A stretch of 64,000 nucleotides of DNA. Origin: Coprothermobacterota bacterium (GTDB lineage: Bacteria > Caldisericota > JANLFM01). The stretch is from positions 16,447-80,446 of the forward strand of contig JAPLHV010000020.1 in NCBI GenBank assembly GCA_026389455.1. Reading direction: 5' to 3'. Below the pieces are notes generated by a model. That model did no database searches. It had not been told where the DNA came from and saw nothing but the letters and a program-made list of their open reading frames with translations. Position numbers and translations under genes: made by a program. Each line of letters opens with the position of its first letter. Position 1 is the stretch's first letter. This document shows, in pieces, positions 44,575 to 54,850 of the stretch.

Positions 44575-44701
44575 GTGGGATCGGTTGCTTGTTCAAACTC
44601 ACCAAAACGTGGTAAGATAAAATTGTCATGGTCTGGGCAATTGCCTCCTCCAGGGATTGCCCGGTAAGACGAAATTCCACAAGCGACAAGGAGGACGAGT
44701 A

Positions 44702-44971
44702 GTGACTCTAGCCAAAGAAGAGAAGCAGAGCATCATTCAAAAGTATCAAATCCATGAGATGGACACTGGCTCCCCTGAAGTGCAGGTTGCGATTTTGACG
44801 GAGCGCATTAGCTACCTAACGGAACACCTGAAAGTACACTCGAAAGACCACCATTCACGTCGGGGGCTCTTGAAGATGGTTGGGGAGCGACGTAGGTTGC
44901 TCAACTATCTGAAGAAGGAATCGAGCGACCGTTACAACTTCCTGATCAAGTCCCTAGGCTTGAGAAAGTAG
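44702..44971 (+). CDS. rpsO: 30S ribosomal protein S15
   Basis: [51 protein letters not shown] start after the AAGGAGGA RBS. Confidence 0.93.
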   Translation: MTLAKEEKQSIIQKYQIHEMDTGSPEVQVAILTERISYLTEHLKVHSKDHHSRRGLLKMVGERRRLLNYLKKESSDRYNFLIKSLGLRK

Positions 44972-44978
44972 ACAAGCA

Positions 44979-47144
44979 TTGAGCGATATTACACGCATTG
45001 AATCCAGCCTGGCTGGACAGAAACTTATTTTAGAGACGGGGAAATTAGCTAAACAAGCTGGGGGAGCTGTTCTCGTCACACATGGGGAGACTGTCGTTCT
45101 GGCAACAGCCACGCTGGCTGGACAAGCCAGGGAGGGGATCGACTACCTGCCTTTAATGGTGGATTACGAGGAGAGGATGTACTCCATCGGCAAGATCCCG
45201 GGCGGTTTCTTTAAGAGAGAAGGTCGCCCCAGCGAGAAGGAGATTTTGCGATCTCGCTTGATCGACCGCTCTATCCGACCGCTCTTTGCCGGCCACTTGC
45301 GAAGAGACATACAAGTAGTCGCGAAGGTTCTCTCCGCTGACCCCGCCTATCCTCCGGATATCGCTGCCATGATCGCCGCAGGAACCGCACTTTCCATCAG
45401 CGAGATACCCTTCGAAGGGCCGGTTGCCGCGATCCGGTTGGGAGCCCTGGATGGGAAGCTTATCTTGAACCCCACTTATCAGCAAATCGAGGAAGGCCAG
45501 CTCGATCTGGTAGTGGCTGCCACCGAAGATGCCATCCTCATGGTTGAAGCTGGAGCGAAACAGGTCAGTGAGGAATTATTGCTGGAAGGCTTAGCCATGG
45601 CGCAACAGGAAATCCGGCGGATCATCGCCCTAGAACGGGAGATGATGTCTAAAGCCGGAAAGGAGAAAACTGTCATTGCACCATCGGAATATGCACCCGA
45701 GATGGTGGATGCGGTCAAACGAGAAGTCCGGCAGCGCCTGTGCGAGGCAATACGCATTGCTGAGAAACATTCCCGCGAGGAGGCCTTGGCTGCAATCGAC
45801 AGCCAAATGCGAGCAACCCTAGCGGATCAGTTTCCCAATATGGAAGTCGCACTCCAGGAGATCGAACGAAAGATTCTCAAAGAAGAGACGCGCGCCATGA
45901 TTCTGCGGGAGGGCATCCGCCCGGATGGGAGGACTACCTCCGAAATTCGTCCGATCACATGCGAAGTTGGAGTCTTGCCCAGGGTTCATGGTTCCGGCCT
46001 CTTCACCCGTGGACAAACACAAGTTCTGACGATACTTACCCTTGGCGCCATCGGTGAGGTGCAGATCATTGAAGGACTCGGCATCGAAGAGTTCAAGCGT
46101 TACATGCACCATTATAACTTCCCTCCTTTCTCGGTTGGGGAGGTGCGCCCAATGCGCGGGCCAGGCCGCCGGGAGATAGGCCATGGTTCTCTTGCCGAAC
46201 GAGCGCTTCTTTCGGTGATCCCGCGCCAAGAGGACTTCCCCTACACGATCCGGCTGGTCTCTGAGGTGTTGGAGTCCAACGGTTCTACCTCGATGGCCTC
46301 GGTCTGCGGCAGCACCCTTGCACTCCTTGACGCAGGTGTTCCCATAACCACCCCGATCGCAGGGATTGCCATGGGTTTGATCAAAGAGAAAGACCAGGTC
46401 GCAGTTTTAACCGATATTCAGGGGATGGAAGATGCTTTGGGGGACATGGATTTCAAGGTGGCTGGATCCGCTTCCGGAGTAACCGCCTTGCAGATGGACA
46501 TGAAGATCAAAGGGATCGAACTGGAGATCCTGCGTACAGCTTTAGCTCAGGCTAAGGAGGCGCGTCTTGTCATTCTCGAAAAGATCCGGATCGCCTTGCC
46601 CCAACCGCGAGCCGAGCTTTCCCGCTATGCCCCTCGCGTTTTTGTCTTGCAGATCAACCCAGACAAGATCCGCGATGTGATTGGACCAGGCGGCAAGATG
46701 ATCAAGAAGATCACCGAAGAAACCGGCGCTATGATCGACATCGAACAGAGTGGCCGAGTCTTCATCACTGCGCCCTCAGTCGAGGCCGGCGAGCTGGCCA
46801 AGCAGCAGATCGAAGCGCTGACCGGAGAGGTGGAGATCGGCGTCACTTTCACCGGAAAGGTCTCGCGCGTAGAGACATACGGCGTCTTCATGGAGATCAG
46901 TCCCGGCAAGGAAGGGTTGTTGCACAAGTCACGCATGTACGACCGTGCTGTCAAGCGTGTCGAGGAGAGTTTCAAGATGGGCGATGAGCTCCCTGTCATC
47001 GTGGACGGGGTTGATGATCGAGGCCGCATCAGCCTGACCCGGAAAGGATTGACCGGCCAAGATTTCAATGAAGATGAGGAAAAACACGAGCATCGAGACC
47101 GTCCGGATCGATCGGATCGACCGTGGAAGTCGAGATCCCGATAA
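44979..47144 (+). CDS. pnp: Polyribonucleotide nucleotidyltransferase (PNPase)
   Basis: Two RNase PH-like domains, KH (GPGGKMIKKITEETG) and S1 (GKVSRVETYGVFMEI). Confidence 0.95.
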   Translation: MSDITRIESSLAGQKLILETGKLAKQAGGAVLVTHGETVVLATATLAGQAREGIDYLPLMVDYEERMYSIGKIPGGFFKREGRPSEKEILRSRLIDRSIRPLFAGHLRRDIQVVAKVLSADPAYPPDIAAMIAAGTALSISEIPFEGPVAAIRLGALDGKLILNPTYQQIEEGQLDLVVAATEDAILMVEAGAKQVSEELLLEGLAMAQQEIRRIIALEREMMSKAGKEKTVIAPSEYAPEMVDAVKREVRQRLCEAIRIAEKHSREEALAAIDSQMRATLADQFPNMEVALQEIERKILKEETRAMILREGIRPDGRTTSEIRPITCEVGVLPRVHGSGLFTRGQTQVLTILTLGAIGEVQIIEGLGIEEFKRYMHHYNFPPFSVGEVRPMRGPGRREIGHGSLAERALLSVIPRQEDFPYTIRLVSEVLESNGSTSMASVCGSTLALLDAGVPITTPIAGIAMGLIKEKDQVAVLTDIQGMEDALGDMDFKVAGSASGVTALQMDMKIKGIELEILRTALAQAKEARLVILEKIRIALPQPRAELSRYAPRVFVLQINPDKIRDVIGPGGKMIKKITEETGAMIDIEQSGRVFITAPSVEAGELAKQQIEALTGEVEIGVTFTGKVSRVETYGVFMEISPGKEGLLHKSRMYDRAVKRVEESFKMGDELPVIVDGVDDRGRISLTRKGLTGQDFNEDEEKHEHRDRPDRSDRPWKSRSR

Positions 47145-47563
47145 GGATCGAGGCGAGCGCCCGCGATCTGCCGATCCCGCATTACATGACACCCGGTTCT
47201 GCCGGCCTGGATCTCCTGGCCGGCGAATCGGCGATGGTCGGCGCAGGAGACTGGGCGAAAGTGAGTTGTGGTTTTTCCATCGCCATTCCGATCGGCTTTG
47301 AGGGTCAAGTGCGCCCCCGCAGCGGGTTAGCCTTGGAATACGGTGTGACTGTCCTGAATGCTCCGGGAACCATCGATGCGGATTATCGTGGGTTGGTTCA
47401 GGTGATCCTGATTAACCATGGAACCCGGAATTACCAAGTGGAGCGTGGGGCACGGATCGCCCAATTGGTAATCAGCCCTGTGCTCCATGTTCAACTGAAA
47501 ACGGCGGAGAGTCTGGAGGAAACGGAACGGGCCCAGGGAGGCTTTGGTCATACGGGACGGTAG
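47123..47563 (+). CDS. dut: dUTP diphosphatase
   Basis: Motifs GSAGLDL, RSGLA, GTIDADYRG and GGFGHTG. Confidence 0.9.
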   Translation: MEVEIPIRIEASARDLPIPHYMTPGSAGLDLLAGESAMVGAGDWAKVSCGFSIAIPIGFEGQVRPRSGLALEYGVTVLNAPGTIDADYRGLVQVILINHGTRNYQVERGARIAQLVISPVLHVQLKTAESLEETERAQGGFGHTGR

Positions 47564-48134
47564 GGAAGAGCTATACCCAAGTTTGAGGAAGGAGATCCAA
47601 GCCTGCCGAAAGTGCCGCCTTTGCGAGAGGCGCTTGCAGGCTGTCCCAGGTGAAGGCGATCTGTATTCCCCCCTTCTGTTTGTAGGGGAAGGCCCCGGAC
47701 AACGGGAAGACCAGCAGGGACGTCCTTTTGTCGGCCCAGCAGGAGTTCTTCTGGAGAGCCTCATCCAGAGCGCCTTGGGCTTGAAACGGGAACTAGTCTA
47801 CATAACTAATATCGTCAAGTGCCGCCCTCCCGAGAACCGCGACCCTCTGCCGGATGAGGTTGAGGCCTGCCGCCCATATTTGATTGCCCAGATCAGCCTG
47901 ATCGCCCCTGCCTTGGTTTGCATCTTGGGGCGACACTCTCTGCATACATTGCTTGACCCGGATTGGAGCATTTCTGCTGTCCACGGGAAGCTCTTCCGCA
48001 AGGACGGAATTCTCTTCTTCCCCACTTTTCACCCCGCTGCTGCCCTGCGCAGCCCGCAAGTGAAAGGCGAGTTGTCGCTTGACTTTCATACCTTGCGCCT
48101 GCTAGTAGAAAAGGAGGCGCGTCTTGGAGCTTAA
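47544..48134 (+). CDS. Uracil-DNA glycosylase, family 4
   Basis: CRKCRLCERR Fe-S cysteines, GEGPGQREDQQGRPFVGPAG and HPAAALR. Confidence 0.9.
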   Translation: MVIRDGREELYPSLRKEIQACRKCRLCERRLQAVPGEGDLYSPLLFVGEGPGQREDQQGRPFVGPAGVLLESLIQSALGLKRELVYITNIVKCRPPENRDPLPDEVEACRPYLIAQISLIAPALVCILGRHSLHTLLDPDWSISAVHGKLFRKDGILFFPTFHPAAALRSPQVKGELSLDFHTLRLLVEKEARLGA

Positions 48135-50073
48135 GTTCGTTGCGCTTGGTGGGCTAGGGGAGATCGGGAAAAATATGATGGCCTTGGAGATGGGCGGAAC
48201 GATGCTCGTGATCGATGCCGGGGTGAAGTTTCCTGACGAAAAAACACCCGGCGTGGATCTGATCCTCCCGGACTTTTCCTATTTGTTGGCTAACCAGAAG
48301 CGAATTGTCGGGATCATCCTGACCCATGGTCACGAGGACCATGTCGGTTCAGTGCCCTACCTCCTGCAACAACTCTCCGTTCCCGTTTATGGCACCGACA
48401 TCACGCTTGGGTTAGCCGCCGGACGGGCCAAGGAGCTGGGGGTGAAAATAGATCCTCATATCGTCAAGCCTGGCGACCGGCTTCCCTTCGGGCCTTTTCA
48501 GGTGGAATTGCTGCCGGTAACCCACAGTGTACCCGGCGGGCTGGGCTTGGCGATTCGTACCCCGCTGGGGATGATTGTCCATTCCGGCGATTTCAAGTTT
48601 GATAAAACACCAGTAGGGGGAAAGCCTTTCGACTTCGAGCGATTTGCCAAGATTACGGCTGATGGAGTCCTTTGCCTACTTTGTGACTCCACCAACGCTG
48701 AGAAGCCCGGTTTCGCGTCCTCGGAGCGGACAGTCAAGCCAGGTCTTGAACGGATTTTCGAGAAAGCTCGCAATCGCATCATCGTCACTACCTTCGCTTC
48801 CAACGTGCATAGAATTCAGCAGATCATTGAAACCGCAGCGCTGTTCAAACGGAAAGTGGCCATCGACGGGATGTCTATGACGCGTGTGGTCAATACGGCT
48901 CAGGAGCTGGGGTATCTGAATGTGCCGGAGGGGCAACTGATCAAAGTGGAGGACCTCTCTCTCTTCCCTCGAGATCAGTTGGTGATCATCACCACCGGCA
49001 GCCAAGGGGAGCCGCTTTCCGCCCTCTCTCGCATTGCAACTGGGGAGCACCGCAAGATCAAGATCGAGGCAGGCGACACAGTGATCTTCTCGGCTGACCC
49101 CATTCCGGGAAACGAACGGTTGGTGTCAGAGACGATCAACAATCTCTTTCGCCTCAAAGCTGAGGTCATCTATGGCACTCAGGCCGGTGTCCATGTTTCC
49201 GGCCACGCCTTCCGCGAGGATATCAAGACAATGCTGCAGATCAGCCGTCCACGCTACTTCATCCCAATCCACGGAGAGTATCGACACCTTGTCTGGAGCA
49301 GCCGTCTCGCCCAAGAGATGGGCATCCGCCAAGAGAATGTTCTCTTGCTGGAGAACGGAGATATGGTCAGTTTTACCCCAGGGCGAGCTTATGTGCAGGG
49401 AAAAGTGGCCAGCGCTCCCAATTTCGTCGACGGTATTTGTATTGACGAGGTGAAAAGTGAAGTGATCGGGGACCGTCGGGCTCTCGCTCAAGAAGGAGTG
49501 CTGGTAGTAACTGCGGTGGTCTCCCTCGATGCGAGGAAGATCTTCAGCGGCCCCCTTTTTACCACCCGCGGTCTTCTCCAGGAGAAGGACTGGGTTGTCT
49601 GGGAGATCCTCCTGAACAATCAGATCACTGCCCTTCTACGGAAGATGATCGAGGAAGAGGGTGGGGCGACGCATGCGTCGTCCCTATTGCGAATTGAGGA
49701 GAAGATTCAGGAACAAACCGAACGCTTCCTAGCCAAGAGACTGAGGCGACGCCCCCTGGTTCTGGTCAGTGTACTGGAGGGCGGCGGTCCGATCCTTCTA
49801 TCGCCACAGCGGAACCATGCGCAAAAGTTGGAGGAGGAGCTAGCAGTCGCACCGAAAGCTGACTCCCCTCCCCTCCTTCTCAGGAAAGCAGCGCCCGGAA
49901 CTCCAACGACCGGAAAGGGAAAGATGGGGGCGGGAAGGACTTTGACGAAGGCAGTCAAGGGGAAGGGTGAGAAGCGCCAGATGCAGAAGCGAGTCTCCCA
50001 AAGAAAAGCCGGTGGGAAGGCGGAAGAGAGGCTGCATGGCCACACCGTCGCCAGCGAGAAGAAAAGTAAATAA
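48124..50073 (+). CDS. rnj: Ribonuclease J with a Lys-rich C-terminal tail
   Basis: Metallo-beta-lactamase HGHEDHVG, a beta-CASP region and the RNase J-type N-terminus FVALGGLGEIGKNM. Confidence 0.9.
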   Translation: MELKFVALGGLGEIGKNMMALEMGGTMLVIDAGVKFPDEKTPGVDLILPDFSYLLANQKRIVGIILTHGHEDHVGSVPYLLQQLSVPVYGTDITLGLAAGRAKELGVKIDPHIVKPGDRLPFGPFQVELLPVTHSVPGGLGLAIRTPLGMIVHSGDFKFDKTPVGGKPFDFERFAKITADGVLCLLCDSTNAEKPGFASSERTVKPGLERIFEKARNRIIVTTFASNVHRIQQIIETAALFKRKVAIDGMSMTRVVNTAQELGYLNVPEGQLIKVEDLSLFPRDQLVIITTGSQGEPLSALSRIATGEHRKIKIEAGDTVIFSADPIPGNERLVSETINNLFRLKAEVIYGTQAGVHVSGHAFREDIKTMLQISRPRYFIPIHGEYRHLVWSSRLAQEMGIRQENVLLLENGDMVSFTPGRAYVQGKVASAPNFVDGICIDEVKSEVIGDRRALAQEGVLVVTAVVSLDARKIFSGPLFTTRGLLQEKDWVVWEILLNNQITALLRKMIEEEGGATHASSLLRIEEKIQEQTERFLAKRLRRRPLVLVSVLEGGGPILLSPQRNHAQKLEEELAVAPKADSPPLLLRKAAPGTPTTGKGKMGAGRTLTKAVKGKGEKRQMQKRVSQRKAGGKAEERLHGHTVASEKKSK

Positions 50074-52084
50074 AAGCGGGGGAAGCAAACGGCGCGACCC
50101 CCACCAGCAGGAACGAGCCCTGGTATGGGTGATGCTGGCCATCCTTGGCATTGTTGCCATCGCAGTCTTGGCTTACTATCTCCCTCGCGTTACCGCCTTC
50201 TTCTGGGGCGCCTTGGCTTGGGATCTACCGCTCTTTTTTTTCTTTCTATTGGCTGGTTTTCTCCTTTGGAGAAACCTGCAAAAAGGTCGCTTGCGCTTCC
50301 TGTTCGCCTTTGGTTTGGGTTCTCTGCTTGTCCTGATGATCGTCGGTATTATCAGCCGGGGTTGGTGGGTGGTGGGGATTTTCAATACCCTTGGGTGGAT
50401 TGCCTACCTCCTGATGTGTTTCCTTTTATTGGCCTGTTTCTCCACACTCTTCTGGCCGGGCCTTTTGGGTTGGTGGAAGACGCGACAGAAACGGGTTAAA
50501 GCCTGTAAAGAGGGGGAGATCGTCGTCTCCTCGATAGAGGCGCCTTCCCTGAAAGACACCCCAGAAGTGAAGGCCAAACCGCATCGTCCAAAGATCTCTT
50601 CCACTCTGGAGCGGAAAGCACCCCTTGAAAGGGCATCAAAGACGTCGTCAACTTCTCTCGTTCCCCCTACCTACCGCTTGCCTCCTTTCGAATTGTTGCG
50701 AAAGCCGGTTCAAGAGAATCCCAAGATCTCCCGGCGGGAGACACGCAATGTGGCGCAGATCCTGGAGGATAAGTTAAATAGTTTTGGCATCGGCACACAC
50801 GTGGTGAATATCGAAGTGGGGCCGGCTATCACACGTTACGAGCTGCAACTGGACCCCGGGGTGAAGGTCTCTAGAATCCTAAGCCTTTCCGACGACATCG
50901 CCTTGACTCTCGCTGCGACGGGTGTCCGAATTGAGGCGCCCGTCCCAGGAAAATCGGTGCTAGGGATCGAAGTGCCTTCAGAGAAGATCTCCACTGTTTA
51001 TTTGCGTGAGATCGTGGAGAGCGAGGTGTTTCAAAAGCGGACATTCCGCATTCCCCTGACCCTGGGAAAGGACATCAGCGGTCACCCAATAGTCGGAGAG
51101 CTGCGAGAGATGCCTCACCTCCTCGTAGCGGGAGCAACCGGCAGCGGGAAGAGCGTCTGCATCAACTCTATCCTCTCCGGCATTCTCTATCACTCCACTC
51201 CGGATGAAGTTCGCTTAGTCCTCATTGATCCAAAACGAGTGGAATTGTACAACTATCGTGAGTTGCCGCACCTTCTTTACCCGGTGGTTATGGACGTCAA
51301 GCAAGCAGGAGCCGTCTTGAAAGAGATCGTCAGCGACATGGAGAGCCGCTTGGTGAAGTTCTCCGAAATAGGGGCGCGAGACATTGAAGCATATAATCTG
51401 AAGTTGAAAGAGCAGGATTTGGGAGAATCCTTGCCGTACTATGTTGTTGTGATCGACGAATTGAATGACCTCATGATGATCGCCCCCGCCGACGTGGAGA
51501 AATACATCATCCGCTTGGCCCAATTAGCCCGCGCCACCGGCATCCACCTAATCGTGGCCACCCAGCGCCCGTCTACGGACGTCATCACCGGCATCATCAA
51601 GGCGAACATCCCCTCTCGCATCGCTTTTGCCGTAGCTTCTCAGATGGACTCGCGTGTGATCTTGGACATGAATGGCGCAGAAAAGTTGTTGGGGCGTGGA
51701 GATATGCTATTCTACCCGGTCAACTACCCAAAGCCGGTCCGACTTCAAGGCGCTTTCATCTGTGAGGAAGAGATCGACCAGGTTGTTGCCTTCTGGAAAG
51801 AACAGAACCAGGACAATCCGCTTCGCCCTCTGCCCATTCTTCAAGCTGAGGGTAAGGATTGGGAGGAAGAAGAGGACGATCCTCTCTTCGAGGAGGCGGT
51901 GCAGTGGGTGATGCAAGCCGGGGAAGGTTCGGCCTCGATGTTGCAGCGCAAGATGAAGGTCGGCTATGCACGGGCTGGACGACTGATTGATCTCATGGAA
52001 CGGCGCGGTATCGTGGGGCCGGCGAACGGTTCTAAACCACGTCAGATCTTACGCCACACCGATCAGTCTTCCCTGAAATTCTAA
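50036..52084 (+). CDS. ftsK: DNA translocase FtsK/SpoIIIE (start uncertain)
   Basis: N-terminal TM segments, Walker A AGATGSGKS, VVVIDELNDLMM and a C-terminal gamma-domain-like SASMLQRKMKVGYARAGRLIDLME. Confidence 0.9.
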   Translation: MATPSPARRKVNKSGGSKRRDPHQQERALVWVMLAILGIVAIAVLAYYLPRVTAFFWGALAWDLPLFFFFLLAGFLLWRNLQKGRLRFLFAFGLGSLLVLMIVGIISRGWWVVGIFNTLGWIAYLLMCFLLLACFSTLFWPGLLGWWKTRQKRVKACKEGEIVVSSIEAPSLKDTPEVKAKPHRPKISSTLERKAPLERASKTSSTSLVPPTYRLPPFELLRKPVQENPKISRRETRNVAQILEDKLNSFGIGTHVVNIEVGPAITRYELQLDPGVKVSRILSLSDDIALTLAATGVRIEAPVPGKSVLGIEVPSEKISTVYLREIVESEVFQKRTFRIPLTLGKDISGHPIVGELREMPHLLVAGATGSGKSVCINSILSGILYHSTPDEVRLVLIDPKRVELYNYRELPHLLYPVVMDVKQAGAVLKEIVSDMESRLVKFSEIGARDIEAYNLKLKEQDLGESLPYYVVVIDELNDLMMIAPADVEKYIIRLAQLARATGIHLIVATQRPSTDVITGIIKANIPSRIAFAVASQMDSRVILDMNGAEKLLGRGDMLFYPVNYPKPVRLQGAFICEEEIDQVVAFWKEQNQDNPLRPLPILQAEGKDWEEEEDDPLFEEAVQWVMQAGEGSASMLQRKMKVGYARAGRLIDLMERRGIVGPANGSKPRQILRHTDQSSLKF

Positions 52085-52362
52085 TGCGCCCAGTATTGCT
52101 TTTGACCATGGGTGATCTGCTGCTCCTGCGAAAGAAGCACCCCTGCGGCTCAGATCGCTGGGAAGTGGTTCGGCTGGGGGCAGATATTCGCATCCGCTGT
52201 TTGGGCTGCGGACATCTTGTTTTACTGCCCCGTTCCCAGTTGGAGAAGCGAGTTCGTAAAAAGCTGAGTTCTTGTCCCTCGGAAGAGAGCAAGAATGGTG
52301 GCGCTGGGAAGCCAGGGTGCTATGATGTAGAAAAATCCACGCATGAAGGTGAGAAGCAATGA
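52084..52362 (+). CDS. DUF951 family protein
   Basis: MGDLLLLRKKHPCGSDRWEVVRLGADIRIRCLGCGHLV matches the recalled DUF951 pattern. Confidence 0.75.
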   Translation: MRPVLLLTMGDLLLLRKKHPCGSDRWEVVRLGADIRIRCLGCGHLVLLPRSQLEKRVRKKLSSCPSEESKNGGAGKPGCYDVEKSTHEGEKQ

Positions 52363-53288
52363 TTATTCGAAATCTCATCATTTTACTGATCGATCTTGGA
52401 TTGGGCGTCTTTTGGGCTCTTGAAAGCAAGTATGCTTACTTTGGCAATCTCTTCATCGAACCATACCGCAGTTGGATGCCGGTTTTCTGCTTTGTCCTGA
52501 TCCTGCTCTGGACGCTTCTTTCGATTCTGATCCTGCGTCGTTGGGGTTGGGCTTCGCTTGGGCTGCTGATAACCTTTCTAGCCTATGGAGCAGTTGTCTT
52601 TCTCTTCCCGCCCGCGCTAGAACTCCTCAACCTGGTGAATTACTCAACAGTCCTCGCCGCCGTCTTATTAAGCGTCTTCCTTGTCTCGTTTTACGCTGAG
52701 CATGCTGCCGGACTGTTGGGCTATATGGTTCAAGCCCGGAAGCACCAAGTGACAGTACAAACAGCCGCAGGCCCTTTTTGGTTCCTCTTTGCCTTGATCC
52801 TCGGTTTCCTCAATGCCTTGGCCCTCTACTACAATTGGCTCCCCACTGCTTCGATCACTTTTCTTGGCTCCCCGCAGATCTTCCGCCTCTCCCTCTATCT
52901 CTTATTCGCCACCCTCGGCGGTCTACTCACCCTCTCCACGGGTTGGAGCGCCTTGGCCTCTTTCTCCTTTGTCTTCCTCAGTGAGTTTCTCACACTGTTT
53001 CTTTACACGACCTATGCTTCCTTCAGTCAGTTGGGGGCAGAACTAGCAGGGGTCTTCGTGGACCCGGCACGGGTCACACTGCCCGCCTTGATGGTTTTCA
53101 TCAGCACATTATGGGGGTTGGCCGCCGGCTACTACGCACAGCGCTACTTCTTTCTGAAGGAGGGAAAGCGGGCAGGTGAATTGGAGAAATTGGAACTGAC
53201 GGCAAAAGATGGGGAATTGCTTGCCGTCTCGACTACAGAGAGAATACCTGCCCTTGCTGTTCTGCCGGAGACACCTCCAACTTCTTAA
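52359..53288 (+). CDS. Polytopic membrane protein, function unknown
   Basis: 309-aa ORF with about 8 hydrophobic segments; its start overlaps the upstream stop. Confidence 0.5.
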   Translation: MIIRNLIILLIDLGLGVFWALESKYAYFGNLFIEPYRSWMPVFCFVLILLWTLLSILILRRWGWASLGLLITFLAYGAVVFLFPPALELLNLVNYSTVLAAVLLSVFLVSFYAEHAAGLLGYMVQARKHQVTVQTAAGPFWFLFALILGFLNALALYYNWLPTASITFLGSPQIFRLSLYLLFATLGGLLTLSTGWSALASFSFVFLSEFLTLFLYTTYASFSQLGAELAGVFVDPARVTLPALMVFISTLWGLAAGYYAQRYFFLKEGKRAGELEKLELTAKDGELLAVSTTERIPALAVLPETPPTS

Positions 53289-53291
53289 CTT

Positions 53292-53320
53292 TTGGCACGA
53301 AGAGCCATTCATGATAGTAT
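53292..53320 (+). promoter_or_regulatory. Sigma-70-type promoter for rpsF-ssb-rpsR
   Basis: TTGGCA (53292-53297), a 17-nt spacer, then TAGTAT (53315-53320). Confidence 0.5.
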
Positions 53321-53380
53321 ACAAGGCTGTCACCAACCCTGCTCCGAACAACGGAGCAAATCCCGAAGGGAGTGAACAGA

Positions 53381-53662
53381 GTGCGTCCATACGAAGTATG
53401 TCTGATCGCCTCCCCCGCCCTGGCCCCGGAAGAGGCTGACAAGCTGGCAGAGAAGGTGCAAGAGATCATCACCAGCACAGGTGGCGAGGTAAGCAAAGTG
53501 GACCGCTGGGGGAAGCGTAGATTGGCTTTTCCCATCCAGCGGCAGAACGAGGGGTATTATTTCATCTTTACCCTCCTAGGCACCCCGTCCAGTATCGTTG
53601 AGGCCAAACGCCAAATGACGCTGGCGCCGGAAGTCATTCGATTCATGTTCGTGCGACAGTGA
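53381..53662 (+). CDS. rpsF: 30S ribosomal protein S6
   Basis: [12 protein letters not shown]...[24 protein letters not shown] start chosen; the ATG at 53372 is an alternative. Confidence 0.9.
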   Translation: MRPYEVCLIASPALAPEEADKLAEKVQEIITSTGGEVSKVDRWGKRRLAFPIQRQNEGYYFIFTLLGTPSSIVEAKRQMTLAPEVIRFMFVRQ

Positions 53663-53675
53663 TGGGTCGGACCTC

Positions 53676-54110
53676 ATGATCAACCATGTCATTTTGATGG
53701 GAAACTTGGTCGCTGACCCCGAGTTGCGGTATACCGCGGCCGGCGTCTCGGTGGCGACCTTTCGCTTGGCAGTGAACGACAACTACACCACGCAGAGTGG
53801 AGAGCGTCGGGAGAATGCCTATTTTTTCAATGTGGTGGTGTGGAAGAAACAAGCAGTGAACGTGGCCAACTTCCTGAAGAAAGGGAGAAGAGCCTTGGTG
53901 GAGGGACGCTTGACCAGCCGCACCTACGAGAAAGATGGCCAGAAAGTCTATCGGGTGGAGATCACTGCCACCTCAGTGACTTTCCTTGACCGACCGGCCA
54001 CCACCTCTGACAGCGGTTCCGAGCCATTTTCTCCCTCAATCGAGGAGAGCGAGACCTTTCCACCCGACGATTTTTCGACCGATCGTTCTAACGACGAGTT
54101 TGTAGGCTAG
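53676..54110 (+). CDS. ssb: Single-stranded DNA-binding protein
   Basis: [34 protein letters not shown] and an acidic C-terminal tail. Confidence 0.92.
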   Translation: MINHVILMGNLVADPELRYTAAGVSVATFRLAVNDNYTTQSGERRENAYFFNVVVWKKQAVNVANFLKKGRRALVEGRLTSRTYEKDGQKVYRVEITATSVTFLDRPATTSDSGSEPFSPSIEESETFPPDDFSTDRSNDEFVG

Positions 54111-54125
54111 GAAGAGAGAAAAACG

Positions 54126-54395
54126 ATGGATTCTAGAAAGCCCATGGACCCGCGGCGACGCCGTGCCCGCGGCGCCAAAGATAGAAGGCCCCGCAAGAAA
54201 TTCTGCGCATTCTGCGCTGAAAAGAACCTTTTCATCGATTACAAAGATGCCAACCGTTTGCGCAAGTTCCTTAGCGAAAAAGGCAAAATTATCCCTCGCC
54301 GCGTCACCGGGAATTGCGCCAAACACCAGCGGACCTTAACCCGCGCCATCAAGAGGGCTCGCGTGATGGCTCTCTTGCCGTACGTGGTCAACTAG
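54126..54395 (+). CDS. rpsR: 30S ribosomal protein S18
   Basis: [44 protein letters not shown]. Confidence 0.92.
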   Translation: MDSRKPMDPRRRRARGAKDRRPRKKFCAFCAEKNLFIDYKDANRLRKFLSEKGKIIPRRVTGNCAKHQRTLTRAIKRARVMALLPYVVN

Positions 54396-54396
54396 A

Positions 54397-54846
54397 ATGA
54401 AGGTTATTCTTTTAAAAGACCACCCAGAACTGGGGAAACAAGGCGCCCTGATAGATACGAAAGATGGGTATGCCCGCAACTACCTCATCCCCCGTCAGTT
54501 GGCCGAGGAGGCTACTGATGGCGCCTTGCGCACCCTTGAGCAACGCAAGTCCGGCTGGAAGAAGCGCGAAGACCGAGAGCTGGCGGAAGCAAAAAAGATT
54601 GCCGCTGTGATAGAAGGGAAACCATTGGTGTTTCTCACCGAGGCAGGGGAGAGCGGTAAGCTATTCGGGTCTGTGACTGCACAAGATATCGTCGAGGCGA
54701 TTCTCTCCACTTGTCAGATTTCCGTCGAACGAAAGCGGGTGCTGCTAGAGGATTCGATTCGCACTCTTGGTAAGCACAGAATCCCCATCAAACTGCACCG
54801 AGAGCTGACCATCGAGGTCGAGCTGGAAGTAAAAGCGAAGGAATAG
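54397..54846 (+). CDS. rplI: 50S ribosomal protein L9
   Basis: MKVILLKDHPELGKQGALIDTKDGYARNYLIPRQLA. Confidence 0.93.
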   Translation: MKVILLKDHPELGKQGALIDTKDGYARNYLIPRQLAEEATDGALRTLEQRKSGWKKREDRELAEAKKIAAVIEGKPLVFLTEAGESGKLFGSVTAQDIVEAILSTCQISVERKRVLLEDSIRTLGKHRIPIKLHRELTIEVELEVKAKE

Positions 54847-54850
54847 AGCC

